A DNA stretch of 64,000 bases from the human T2T-CHM13v2.0 reference genome, Homo sapiens, in assembly GCF_009914755.1 (NCBI RefSeq), contig NC_060932.1; one strand, 5' to 3'. Below, in pieces: positions 14,244-27,072 of the stretch. The translations under genes and the position numbers were made by a program. Positions within the stretch are counted from its first letter, which is position 1. Every line of letters begins with the position of its first letter. The notes beneath the pieces are model-generated. The model was not told the origin of the DNA, did not search any database, and saw only the letters and a list, made by a program, of their open reading frames with translations.

Positions 14244-14956
14244 GATAGTATTTCAATTTGAGATAAAATTAACATAAGATTTATCAGTTTAACCATTTTC
14301 AAGTGTACATATTGATAGTTTTAATTGTACTCAAAATGCAACCATCACCAGTAATTTCATAACACTTTTACCCCACAGAAACTCTGTATTGATTAAACAG
14401 TTTGTCCTCCATTCTATCTTTGTGATAGTTAATTGTATGTGTCAACTTAACTGGGCCATGGACATCCATGTATTTGGCTAACCATTATTTTCGATTGTGT
14501 CTGTTAAGGTGTTTCTGGATGAGATGAGCATTTGAATCAGGGCACTCACTAAATCAGATTAGCTTCCCTAATGTGAGCAGGTATCTGCTGATCTATTGAG
14601 GGTCTTAATGGAACAAAACACTGAGGAAGAAATAATTCTTCCCTTTCTGCTTGACTGCTTGAGCTGGAACATTGGCCTTCTCCAGGCCTCAGTCTAAAAT
14701 TCACACCATTGTCTCTTCTAATTCCGAGGTCTTCAGATTTGAATTGAACTACTCCACCAACTTTTCTGGGTCCTCAGCTCACAGATGGCAGATCGTGGGA
14801 GTTCTCAGCCTCCATAATTGCATGGCCAATTCCTCATAATCTCTCTCCATGTATATATGTAGAGAGACAGAGGGAGAAAAACATGTATAGATCCCATATA
14901 TATACATTATATAAGATACAGTTAGACATATTGTATGTATGTGTACACACACAATA

Positions 14957-15122
14957 CGGGTTGAGTATCCCCCAAAATGCTTGGAATCAGAGCATCTCAA
15001 ATCCGCAAATCTGAAATCCAAAATGCTCTGATGAACATTTCCTTTGAGCATCTTGGTGGCACTGAAGAATTTTTCTATTTCAGAGCATATTTTACATTTT
15101 CATATTTGGAATGCTCAACCTG
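14957..15122. mobile_element. Tigger4a/MER46-type MITE, internally deleted
   Basis: Terminal inverted repeats cgggttgagtatccc and ggaatgctcaacctg, TA on the left flank. Confidence 0.85.
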
Positions 15123-15179
15123 TGTGTATGTTATGTATTTTACAAGATATCTATCTATCTTATGTCTATCTACCTATCT

Positions 15180-15456
15180 AATATACTACAGAATATATAC
15201 ATATGTATAAATATATAAAATATATACTTATATAAGTATATAGGTATATAAATAAGTATATAAATAAATATACTTATATAAACTAATATATATTACTTTA
15301 TATAATATATATTTATATATTTATAACATATATATTTTATATACATATATGTATTTATATACATATATACGTATTTATATATACGTATTTATATACACAT
15401 ATACGTATTTATATATACTTATATAAGTATTTATATGTACTTATATAAGTATATAT
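15180..15456. repeat. TA-rich low-complexity tract with internal palindromes
   Basis: Degenerate (TA)n; perfect 22-bp palindrome tatatacttatataagtatata at 15221-15242. Confidence 0.95.
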
Positions 15457-18400
15457 CTCCTATTGGTCCTGTTTCTCTGAGAAACCCTAAGATATCCTTC
15501 CTTATATTCTTTGGCAACTACTAATCAATTTTTTTGTTTCTATTAATTTGCCTATTCTGGACATTTTATATAAATGGAACCATACAATATGTAATCTTCT
15601 GTGCTGGCTTCTTTGAGGCTCAGTTATATTGTAGCATACATCAGTACTTCATTGCTTTTTATAGCTGAATAGTAGACCACTGTATGGATAGATCATTTTG
15701 TTTATTCATTCCTCAGTTAAAGGACATTTGGGCTCTTTCCACTGTTTGGCTATTATAAATAGTGCTGCATGAACATTCAAGTACAAGTTTTTGTTTGGAC
15801 AACTGCTTTCATTTCTCTTGGGTATATATGTAGAAATAGAATTGCTGGGTCATAAGGTAATTCTGTGTCCCAACATTATGAGGAATCACTAACCTGTTTT
15901 TCATAGTGGCTGTACCATTTTACATTGCCACCAGCAATGCATGAGGTTTCCAATTTCTTTACATCCCCATCAACACTTGCTATTTCTCAGATTTTTGAGA
16001 AATATAGCCATATTAGTGGATATGAAGTTCTATCTCATTGTGGTTTGTTTCCCTAATAATTAATGGTTTTAAACATCTTACCATGTATATAATTAGCCAT
16101 TTTTATATTTTTTGAAATTATTTATTCAAATTATTTGCCCATTTTAAAATAGCGTTGTTTGTATTTTTGTAATTAAGGATTCTTTATGTATTCTGTACAC
16201 TAGACCCTTATCAAATATATGACAAGCAAATATTTTCTCCCATTTCACTTTCTTCATAGTATTGTTTGATGCACAGACTTCTTAATTTTAATGAAGCACA
16301 ATTTATCTCTCTGTCTCTTTTTTTTTTTTTTTTTTTTTTGGCTGCTTTTAGCATCATACATAAAACACTGTTTCCTAATCTAGGGTCATGAGAATTTTCA
16401 TTTATACTTTCTTCTGAGAGTTTTACATTTTTAGCTTTTAATTCAAAATCTTTGATACATTTTGAGTTAACTTTGGTATATAGTGTAAGGTAAGTGTCCA
16501 AATTCATTCTTTTAAATATGGACATACAGTTGTTCTCGTACTATTGGTAGGAAAGACTATTCTTTCCAACATTTTCATTTGATAATCTTGGCACCCTTGT
16601 CAAAAATCAATTGACCATAGATATATGGATTTATTCATGGATTGTCAATTCCATTCCACTGATCTCTTTATTTATCCTCAGACCAGTACCACACTGTTTT
16701 AATTATTGTAGCTTTATTTTAAGTTTTGAAATCAGGCACTATGAGTCTTTCCACGTTGTTTTTCTTTTTCAAAAATGTTGACTATTTGGGAAAACTTGCA
16801 ATTCAGTATAAATTACAGAATTAACTTGTCCATTTTTTGCAAAATGGCATTTGGAATTTTGATAGGCATTGGACTGAATTCATAGATCAATTTGCAGTGT
16901 ATTGCTATCTAAATAATATTAAGTATATCAATAATGAACACAGGATGTCTTTCCATTTATTTAGGTTTCCTTAATATCTTTCAAAAATATTTTTTAGTTT
17001 TCAGTTTATGTGTCTTGCATTTCCTTATTTTAATTCATTTGTAAGTGATTTTTATGCTGTTATAAAGAGAACTGTTTTCTTAACTTTGTTTTCAAATAAA
17101 TCATTGACACTACATAGAAATAGAACTTACTTTTGTGTGTGGATGTTGTATCAGGCAACTTTGCCTAATGTACTTATCAGTCTAATAGTTTTTTTGCAGG
17201 GTTTTTTTTTTTTTAGTTTTATACATATTGTCATGGCACCTGTGAATAAAGATAGTTCTATTTCTTCCTATCCAATCTGGCTGACACTTATATTTTTTCT
17301 TGTCTAATTGCCCTTGCTGGAACTTCTGTATAATATTGAATACATATGTTGAGAGTAGATATCTGTCTTATTCTTGATCTTAGGGGGATAGCTTTCAGTA
17401 TTTCACAGTTAAGAAGGATATTAGCTTTATATTTTTTAACAAATGCCCTGTCTCAAGCCTGAGGAAGTTTCCTTCTACTCTGAGTTTTCTGAGTCTTTTT
17501 ATAACGAAAGGACATTAGATCTTGTCATTTTCTCTATCAACTGAGATCATCATGTTAGTTTTTCCTTTTTCTGCCAATATGGAATATTATATTGATTGGT
17601 TTTCTTATGTTTAACTTAGGATAAATTCCTTGGGTAAATCCCATTTGGTCATGGGGTATAACCTTTGTCGCATGCTGCCAGACTCAGTTTACTAGTATTT
17701 TTAGAATAATTTTTAATACATTTACAAGTGATCTTTGTGACCTTTTTGTCTGGCTTTGACATTAGGGTAATGCTGTCCTAATAGAATGAGTTCAGAAATT
17801 TTTACCTCTTCTTTATTTTTTGTTAAAGTTTGAGAAGTATTTCTTTGAATTCTTTAAATGTTTGGTATAATTCACCAGTGAAGCCACTGAGTCTTGAGTC
17901 TTTTGATGTTGTTGATGGTGGTTTTTTTATTATTGACTCAATAAATTTACTTTTTATAGGTCCATTCAGATTTCCTACTTATTCTTGAGTCAGTGTTGGT
18001 ATTTTGTATGTTTCTGGAAATTTTTTCATTTCATTTAGGTTACCTAATTTGGTGGAATACACTGGTTCATGTATTGTTTTATAATCATTTCATTTCTGTA
18101 AGGTGGGTAGTAACATCCTCAATTTATTTCTAATTTTAGTAAATCAAGTTTCCCTGTTTTTCTTGATAAGTCTTATCAAATATTTGTCATTTTTTAACCT
18201 TTCAGAGAAACAACTTTTGGTTTTATTGAGTATCTTTATTGTTTTTCTATTCTCAATTTCATTTATCTCTGCTCTAATATTTATTATTTTTTCCATCAGC
18301 TTGCTTTGTGTTTTTTGCTCTTTTTCTTTTATTTTCTTAAGGTGGAACCTTAGGTTATTAACTTGAGAATCTTTATTTTCTTTTAATTTAGGCATTTACA

Positions 18401-18759
18401 GGTTTAGATTTTCCTCTGAGAACTGCTTTACTATATCCTATAGGTTTTGGTATGTTATCTATGCTTTTTATTCCTTTCAAAGCATTTACTAATATTCATC
18501 ACAATTTCTTCTTTGGCCCACTGAGTATTTAAGAGTATACTGTTTAATTTCTACGTATTTGTGAATTTTCTAGATTTTTTTTTCTTATTGATTTCTAATT
18601 TCATGTGGTCAAAAAAGTTACAATACATGATTTCAATCTTTATAAATTGAGATTTGTTTTTTGTCCCAATAGATCCTGGATACTATTTCATGTACTTTTC
18701 AGAAGAATATATATTATCCTGTTGTTGGGTAGAGTTTTCTATATGTGTGCTAAGTCTAG

Positions 18760-19060
<301 letters not shown>

Positions 19061-19829
19061 AAAAAAGAACATTTTTTTAAAAGTCTTGCCATAGTACATA
19101 CGAAAGTTGTGATCAAACATTTTCCCAGAAGTTTAAAAACCTAATAAAGTAAATAGTTTATAACCGAAAAGCACAAAAGAGAGGTATAAATTCTCAGGGA
19201 AGAAATGGCAATCAGCAGAATATAAATTAGAGGACATCAGTAGAGGACAAGAAATAAGTAAAACAAAAATAAATTAATATAGACACCAATAGCCTTCATA
19301 AACAAAAACAACAGCCACTTTGGATATGTGGTGGATGAAAAGTCTACAGTACCAGTGGTGGCAATGTGTATGAAATAGGACAGATTGTAAAAAGAAATAT
19401 TTATGATATTCTTTAAAAATTGCTAAATATAAATCAAAGGGAAAAAACAAAAGTAGAAAATGTCAGGCCTCTGAGCCCAAGGTAAGCCATCATATCCCTT
19501 GTGACCTGCACATACACATCCAGATGGCCGGTTCCTGCCTTAACTGATGACATTTCACCACAAAAGAAGTGAAAATGGCCTGTTCCTGCCTTAACTGATG
19601 ACATTGTCTTGTGAAATTCCTTCTCCTGGCTCATCCTGGCTCAAAAGCTCCCCTACCGAGCACCTTGTGACCCCCACTCTGCCTGCCAGAGAACAACCCC
19701 CCTTTGACTGTAATTTTCCTTTATCTACCCAAGTCCTATAAAACGGCCCCACCCTTATCTCCCTTCACTGACTCTCTTTTCAGACTCAGCCGGCCTGCAC
19801 CCAGGTGATTAAAAGCTTTATTTCTCACA

Positions 19830-19861
<32 letters not shown>

Positions 19862-21430
19862 AAAATTTTACTACGGGATCCAGAAGGAAACTTAAGCCAA
19901 TGGAAAGTATCTTTCTTTCTTGGAGTATTCCCTATCATACATTGTATTCACATTGACATACAGACGTGGGTCCTGCCTAAGTTAATATATAAAGTTAATA
20001 TGACCACTAAAAAAACCTGGCATTTTTTTAATTAGACAAGATGATTCTTAAATTCATATAGAAACCTTGAACAAGCAATAACAACCAAAACACTCTGAAG
20101 AGCCGTGAGACATGGTTTGCCCTACTAGGTATCAAAACGTAGTATAAAACGGTAACAATTAAAAGAGTTTTGCACTGGCACACGAATATACAAATCAAAG
20201 GACCAGAATAGAAAACGTATCAGTGGACTCATACATAAAACAATTTATGATACAATTAATATTTCAAAACAGGAAAGCAATAGTATTTTTAAAATAGTAG
20301 AAAAGCAATAGGACAGAATAGCTGTTTGGGAAAATAAACAAAAAAGAAACTGGATTTTAGCTCCACTTTTTATTCATAAGATATATAAAACATATAAATG
20401 TAAAAACAAAAATGCAACCATAAATTACAAGAAAAAAATTGGAAAAATGTTTTAACTCCAGGAATGCAAAGGCTTTTCTAAGTAAGAAATAAATCTCTGA
20501 AGTCAATAAAACAAATGATTGATTAAATTGACTATATACAAATAATTCTTTTATGACTCAAAATAAATAAAGTCAAAAGACACATGCCAATCAGAGAAAT
20601 AAAAATTACAATTTACATAATACCAAAGGGCTAGCCCCTTAACATGGAAAATGCTCCTACAAATCTATAAGAAGTCTGATGAAACAATGGAAAGAAGTAG
20701 AAAATATAACAAGCATTCAGGGAAAAGAAACATTTCTTAGCTTAATTATATAAAAATTGATATTAAAAGTACAATGAGATATTATCTTCAACTCAGATTG
20801 GCAAAGACCCAAATGTGCATTGGCAGAGTCCAAAAATGTTCTTTGTGGACAAGGGTGGGGGAAACACTCACACATTGTTGGTGGGGACATAAATGAACAC
20901 AGCCCCCTGTAAAGGACAATTTGGCAGTAAAAATTAAAAATCAAGATATTTTAAAACTCAGGATTCCATTTTCAGAAATTCATGTAACTGAAACATTCAC
21001 TGATATGTAACATGACATGTAAGACATTATGCATGGCAAATGACTTGCAACAACTTAATTATATAATTTAATTGAAGAATGGTCAGATAAATTTGTTACA
21101 CTCATATATGGGAAAAGCTATCAGCCATTTAAAAAGAATGAAGCCATGTTTTATAAACTGATATAAAAGAGGTACAAAATGAAGTGACGAAAAAACAAAA
21201 CAAGATGTTAAATAATCCATTTAGTAAGCTGAAACTTCCATGAACAAAATGAAAAAAAAATAGATATTGTTATTACCCTTATTTACATAGAATAAGTCTG
21301 AAAGCCTACTCAAGGATGCAGCAGTAATGGTGATTTCCAGAGAGAGAGGAACCTGAATGCTGGGTAACTGGGGGATGAAAGGACTTTCTTTCACAAAATA
21401 TTTTGTACATTTTGAGTTTTATTTTTTTAT
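19061..21430 (+). mobile_element. Old L1 (L1ME/MC-like) 3' remnant, interrupted by LTR7
   Basis: A-rich decayed ORF2/3'UTR motifs (ctagacaag-like ttagacaagatgattcttaaattcatat; cagccatttaaaaagaatgaag). Confidence 0.75.
19461..19858 (+). mobile_element. LTR7 (HERV-H LTR) U3-R followed by a 27-nt poly(A); U5 absent
   Basis: Starts tgtcaggcctctgagcccaag; two copies of ttcctgccttaactgatgacatt; TATA-like cctataaaa; ATTAAA at 19808-19813; A27 at 19832-19858. Confidence 0.96.
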
Positions 21431-21454
21431 TTTAAAAAGAAAAGGATTGTGTAG

Positions 21455-21712
21455 AGAGCAGCATTGCATAGTGGGAGACAACACAGACAGGAAGCTAGAA
21501 GCCAGAAAACCTGGATCCAAGCTGGACTCTGCCAGTTCCTGGCCAGGTGAGCTTGGGCAAACTACTTGACTCTGTGGCTGATTTTCCTTATTTTTAAAAT
21601 GGGAATAATAATACTGTCTACCCTATAAAGCTGTTATGAGAACAAAAGTAATTAATACTCATAAGGCAGCTAGAAGAGTGCCTGACATAGAAAAGTGTTT
21701 TATTATTATTAT
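21455..21712 (+). mobile_element. MIR SINE
   Basis: gagcttgggcaaactacttgac...aaaatgggaataataatactgtctacc...gtgcctgacatag. Confidence 0.85.
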
Positions 21713-24535
21713 TTATTAAAATAATAGAATAAAACACACACACAGACACAGGCACAGCCTGTGTCTGCAGTAAAGCAAGGTCGACTGGATTTAGAGTCCT
21801 AGGAGAGTTCTTTAGAAAAAAAGAGAAGTCAAGTGGAATCTAAGGCCAGGATTGAGTGTCTAGGACAGCAGCCAGAGAACTTCTGAAGGAACAAAGTTAG
21901 TTGTCAGCTTAGTTTTTGCTAATTTTGTCGTATAGTTGCTGTTCCAAAGGAGGCCAAACAGGCACACATAACATCAACACCACAAGGTGCGGAAATACTT
22001 AGGATTTAAGGAGAAAACTGTACTAACTGAGAAGCAGAAAAGCATCCAAGATCACCTAGCTCTGATGGTCACAGCATAGTCAAGCCAGGTACGCTGGGCA
22101 GACTGTACCACAAACAGGGTTCCGGGAGAGAGACCCAGCTTTCAGAGCAGCAGAATACGCAGAGTGAAAGTCCCGGTCCACAGAGCTTCTGTGACTCAGC
22201 CTTTAGTATCAGCAATTCTCCCATTGAGCTAAGTCACATCCACTGAGCCATCTTTTGGCTGAGTTACTGAGTAGGATGTAAATAGGCCTCTCAGGCCATC
22301 AAGATTTGTCTGTCTGTGATATTGTGTTACAATTTCAGATCCCTTTTGCATCTGCTGGAAAGGAAGTACAGAACCAGATGCTAGTGAGGGTGGAAAGTTC
22401 TTTATGTACAATCTCGTGTCACTTACTTTGATACATTTGTCGAATTGGTGAGTGGCCATAGTGAAGTCGCATTGAGATATTTAGCTAGAGTTTAGATTTC
22501 ATCTTGATTTTTCCAGAGATACCTGCACAACTCTTCTGATCCTTTGTGATGTTAAATTCAACAGAAGCTGCCACTTTTTATAGTTACACTATTAAATCAG
22601 AAGCACGTCTCCATCCACAGGCAAGCATTTAAAAAATAAAATAAAATTAACCCATCTGAATGTCCTGTGCATATATAGATTCATGAAAGATTTGCTGGGT
22701 AAGATTTGTTGTGAGCTAGATACTCTGCAAAAGTATTTTCTCACCACATGCTCCCTTACAGAAAAGGGAACGTAGAGGATGGAGCACGAATTCGACTCAG
22801 TGATCTTGCTCTGAGTTGAAGCTTGGATTGACCACAAAATTGCTCTTAATTGCTTTCCCTGCTATTGATCAAAAGGATAGACTCTCAATACTTTCTTTTT
22901 ACTCAAGCATTTCCAATCCTTGACACCTTTTTCACACAAATACAGTGAATGTCTTTTTTTCCTTTCTTATTTTTTTGGCTATTTTCTTCACCACTTTGTT
23001 ATTAGTTAATAGTTATTACACTGTTTTTTTAATAGAACAATAATATGTTCATTTAGGTCTCATTTCTACACTAGCCTCTCTTTTTTTCTCTTCCTAAATC
23101 AAAGTTACCACACCTATTGCCTCAAATTGTCTCTTTTTATTAACATAGGCAGAGACAGATAGACATCTGTGACTCAGGAGAAAGAGAATTGTTCATAAGA
23201 TTGAAAAGAGCAGATATTCTTAGCATAGAATAACAAGAAAATAAGTTTTCATCTTTTACCTTCTTTCCAACTGTATGCTTCAACACATTCACCTCCCTTA
23301 ATATACAATCTGGTTTGGCTATTCAGCAACTATTTGAACCAGCAAATTAAAATTCTTAGTTTCTAATCAGTGGTGGAACTTATGTGGTTTGGTTTTTTAT
23401 TTTTATTTTTTTGGTGATTTTGGGGATCTGTAAAGAGTTCTATTGGATTATTATAGAAATTGCTGTTTGAAGCTTTCTTAATCTGGAAAGAAGTGGCTAT
23501 GAATAAGGATGCACCAGTCACTATCAATTTTTCTCAAGCTGGTCCATGCCTGTTTATCCTTTTGCTGTATGTGATGACACGCATTGCAGTCTATGTGAAA
23601 ATGTCCTATCTGCCAGTAGGAAAAGCTTAATAATTTATTTGCAGTTCATCTTCCTCTAGACAAGTGCATGCTGTGTATTTGCTGAGCTGTGTAACTGGCT
23701 CTCAGAGCAGGCACATGGTCGGCTGCAAATGGTTCTTCTTGACATCTTTCCATTTTTCACGGTATTGATATTTAGCCCCTGAATGCCTGTTCTGCATTTT
23801 CAAAACAAAGCAGAAGTGAGGAATCAATTGTGTGTTGTTGGGAGGAAATGTCATGACCCTGATTATAACTGTTGCTTTTGAAGGAGAAATTATAGATGTG
23901 AAATTTGTCAACATCAAATCCAACACATAGTACATCTAATTCAAAAGGGCGTTCTCTTCTGTGGGTAAGTTCTCAGAGTCATCAAGGCTCAACCAAAAAG
24001 GAACCCTTCAGTCATTCTCTGTACTGTGGTCTCTTTGTACCTATGCTAGGAGAATCCTGGGGGCTCCTTGTATTGAATGAAGGGAAGATGTATTCATAAA
24101 AGGACCTAGATTAATCTGACTTTGAAGAAAAGTTAAGAAAAGTATTGGATTTGTAAAGGTTTTTATTTGTCCCGATTTTTTTTTTTAAACTAACTCTGCA
24201 CCCATTTGTAAACATCTTAGAAGTTACCAATGTAATGATGTTTTGCTCCAGCATGGAATGCAACAACGACAAACAAACACTCACCTACAGGAAGTCAATT
24301 TAGAAGCTACCCAAATAACCTCATATTAAGGCCTCTTTAGTCTCAGAGCTTAGACTTCAAGGGCAACATTATGAGCTTCTATGTTCTCCACCTTCTGTTT
24401 TGTCTTCCTGAGACAATAAACTCCACAAGGCTCTGATGTACAATGCCTGCCTGTGGGAAATCTAGCACAGCCCCTGGAAAATAAAGCCAGAAAAAAAACT
24501 AAAAGAACTACCTAAGCATATAAAATTACTTATGG

Positions 24536-24809
24536 GGCTGGACACAGTGGCTTATGCCTGTAATCCCAGTATTCTGTGAGGCTGAGGCTGGTGGATGGAT
24601 CCACTTGAGGTCAGGAGTTTGAGACCAGCCTGACCTACATGGTGAAACCCCATTTCTACTAAAAATACAAATACAGGCGCCTTTAGTCCCGGCTACTGGG
24701 GAGACTGAGGCAAGAGAATCGCTTGAACACAGGAGGCGGAGGTTGCAGTGAGCCAAGATCACACCATTGCACTCCAGTCTGGGCAACAGAGTGAGACTTC
24801 ATTTAAAAA
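24536..24809 (+). mobile_element. AluS with small deletion at the start of the right arm
   Basis: Both arms present; target-site duplication core tacttatgg at 24527-24535 and 24814-24822. Confidence 0.95.
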
Positions 24810-25746
24810 AAAATACTTATGGAATGTTGTGATTAGTACGACCTTGGTTTTATTCAGAACTCATGGCTAGTGCTTATTTTCATGGCTCAGAGGAATTACT
24901 TGGCAGAAAAAAATTTCATCCTTCCTCCCACCTATTTTCTGCAGAGATTTCACACATTGACTAAATTTAATATCATGCCACACTGAAATGCATGATGTTT
25001 GAAACTCCTCCATGATCTCTGTACAGAGTACTAAAGAACAAGAGGCCAGTATTTTTTTCTGAGCTGAAATTTAGTTTAGGTTTTGTGCTTTTATAGTCAG
25101 TTTTAGGACATCATATAATTACATTTTTATATGAATCACTTTATGTGAATCACCTTTGGGTGACATTTTGATGTCCTTTAGACAAAGTCCTAAAGTGTGG
25201 CTTCTACAGTCTGCTGTGCAACTGACGCAGGTATTTTTTATCATAAGTACCTTTCCTTCAAATATTTGGTCCTACATATTCATGTTCTATGCAACATTTA
25301 GTTCTTTTTAGTCATTGCATATAAAGAAAACAAAATAGCTCTAACACTGTGAAAGGCAAATGGCCCTGCTTATATGCCCTGTTTGAATACTTGAAATCCA
25401 ACCCAAAGACAGTTCTTCCTCCTGTCTGGACCACTTGGGCCCTTGATGGAAGCCCAGCAGAGCCTGTTTAGAGAGCATGGAGCCATCTTCTGCTGAATCA
25501 TGAGAGGAAACTATGGTAACCCAATGGAGTTCTTTACAACTGGTGTCGTGAGAGCACAGGCAGAAAACACATGGTGGGAACATAGATGCATCAAGTAAAA
25601 GCTCTCAGCAAAGACCTCAATGAGTTTAGAGAGTGATGGGACAGAACGTGCTATCCATTAGATGTGAAAACAGTAAAGTACACAAGAGAAAGAGAATGAA
25701 AAGGTGGGGTGAGGAGACAAATGCATAATACTAGGAAAATATAAGT

Positions 25747-25822
25747 AAACTGTTTCAGTTTGGATAATGGACAGTTATACTTATATCCAAACTGTTTCAG
25801 TTTGGATAATGGACAGTTATAC
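25747..25822. repeat. Perfect 34-bp direct duplication with 8-bp spacer
   Basis: aaactgtttcagtttggataatggacagttatac at 25747-25780 and 25789-25822. Confidence 0.97.
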
Positions 25823-25852
25823 CAACCCCTGCCCCAAAAAATTCCACATGAA

Positions 25853-26815
25853 GTGTCAAGACAGTGAGGGGTCTGAGATTTTTATCCTAGCTACACCTAA
25901 CCAGTTAGTCTGCTGCTTTTATGCATCCTAGTGAGGCAGGATTTTTCTTCTCAGTCATTTTGAAAGCCAGGGACCCCCAGCTGGTGACCCCCCGGCTTAG
26001 GCCTCACTCAGGCACACTGGCATCCCCTAGCTCGCCTGTGTTATAGCTTGTACCCACATTCAGTGGTTCCTGAGCTCTTGTACTGTGCCCAAGAAGAATG
26101 AGGATATGCTGGACATTGAAGGGTGAGGAGGGCGAAGATTTTACTGAGCGATGGAACAGCTCTCAGCAGAGAGGGAACGCAATGGGGTGGTCCCCCACCT
26201 GAAGACGGGAAAGGCTCTCAGGTGGCTGGGTCCAGGGCCCTTTATGGACTCAAAATGGGGAGAGTGTGCTGACTGGTTTGTGAGTGTACAAAGAGGGTTA
26301 AAGCGAAGACACCAGTCAGAGGTGGGCACGACAGTGTAGAAAACCAATTAGGAAAGGGTAGGTATAGGTAAAATATGTGAAGGGTGGGGATGAATCAGAG
26401 GAAAGTGCGTCAATCAGGAAGACAAGTTCTCAATCCAGTCTGAGGATTTAACTCGTAGCTTGGCTTTTAGGCTTTAAACTATCTTTGGCTTGGAGGTAGA
26501 GTTTCACCAGGACCCTCTCCTATCTGCCTAGGCATTTGGCTGCCTCCTGTCACTATCACTAGGACGTTGTTACTCAACACACAGCAGCAGCATGAGCTTC
26601 ATGTTTGACCCCTCTTGTCCCCCTTCAGGGTGACAGACAGATATTGCACATACAGTGGGTTTACATCACAGCTAAGGAATCCTGAACTAGGAAACCCAAA
26701 TCTTTCATCAAACAGACTTTCCCAACACTGGCCCCAGAGGAACACATTATTCTTACCATACTATGCAGGAAATATAACTGCGCTCTGTTCCAGAGGGAGG
26801 CACCATATCTATGGA
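25853..26815. mobile_element. ERVL LTR (MER74/MER73-like) split by an ERV1 LTR
   Basis: gaggggtctgagatttttatcct before the insert; cagcagcagcatgagcttcatgttt...cagtgggtttacatcacagct after it. Confidence 0.65.
25932..26558 (-). mobile_element. ERV1 solo LTR (MER52/LTR27/LTR28 group)
   Basis: TG...CA termini with 4-bp TSD ctag (25928-25931, 26559-26562); gctcgcctgtgttatagcttgtacccac and ggtgggcacgacagtgtagaaaaccaattagg motifs. Confidence 0.85.
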
Positions 26816-27041
26816 AAAACAAATAAGGTGAACTCTCCTTCTAAATAAGCAGTTTTCCTCATTTCACTTTTGTCACTGCTGTCTTCTCCACAGTTACCTT
26901 AACAGCTTGCATAGTTCCTGCAACGTCTTCTTTGTGGGCAGATACTCAGCAAAAATATGCAATATAAAGCCATAAATCTTTGACAGTTTTCATTCTTTCT
27001 GCTGTAATTGACATTTTAGCTGAACACTTGGTTTCTTCTAG

Positions 27042-27072
27042 ACTCATTGTGTCACCTCCTATTCCCCAAACG
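27042..27072 (+). other. Candidate 31-nt internal exon
   Basis: Acceptor ttggtttcttctag, donor ACG|GTAAGG, open in all three frames, unique flanks; gene not recognised. Confidence 0.5.

Larger units (their letters stand above)
14421..15494 (+). mobile_element. MLT2 (B/C/D-type) ERVL solo LTR with inserted Tigger4 and expanded TA-rich tract
   Basis: Starts tgtgatagttaattgtatgtgtcaactt; ends ctcctattggtcctgtttctctgagaaaccct. Confidence 0.9.

Noticed and set aside
19532-19605. Direct repeat ttcctgccttaactgatgacatt
   Set aside because: Normal internal tandem repeat of LTR7 U3.
23702-23935. Minus-strand ORF with a possible acceptor near 23795
   Set aside because: Weak pyrimidine tract, no partner exon or donor found, peptide unrecognised.
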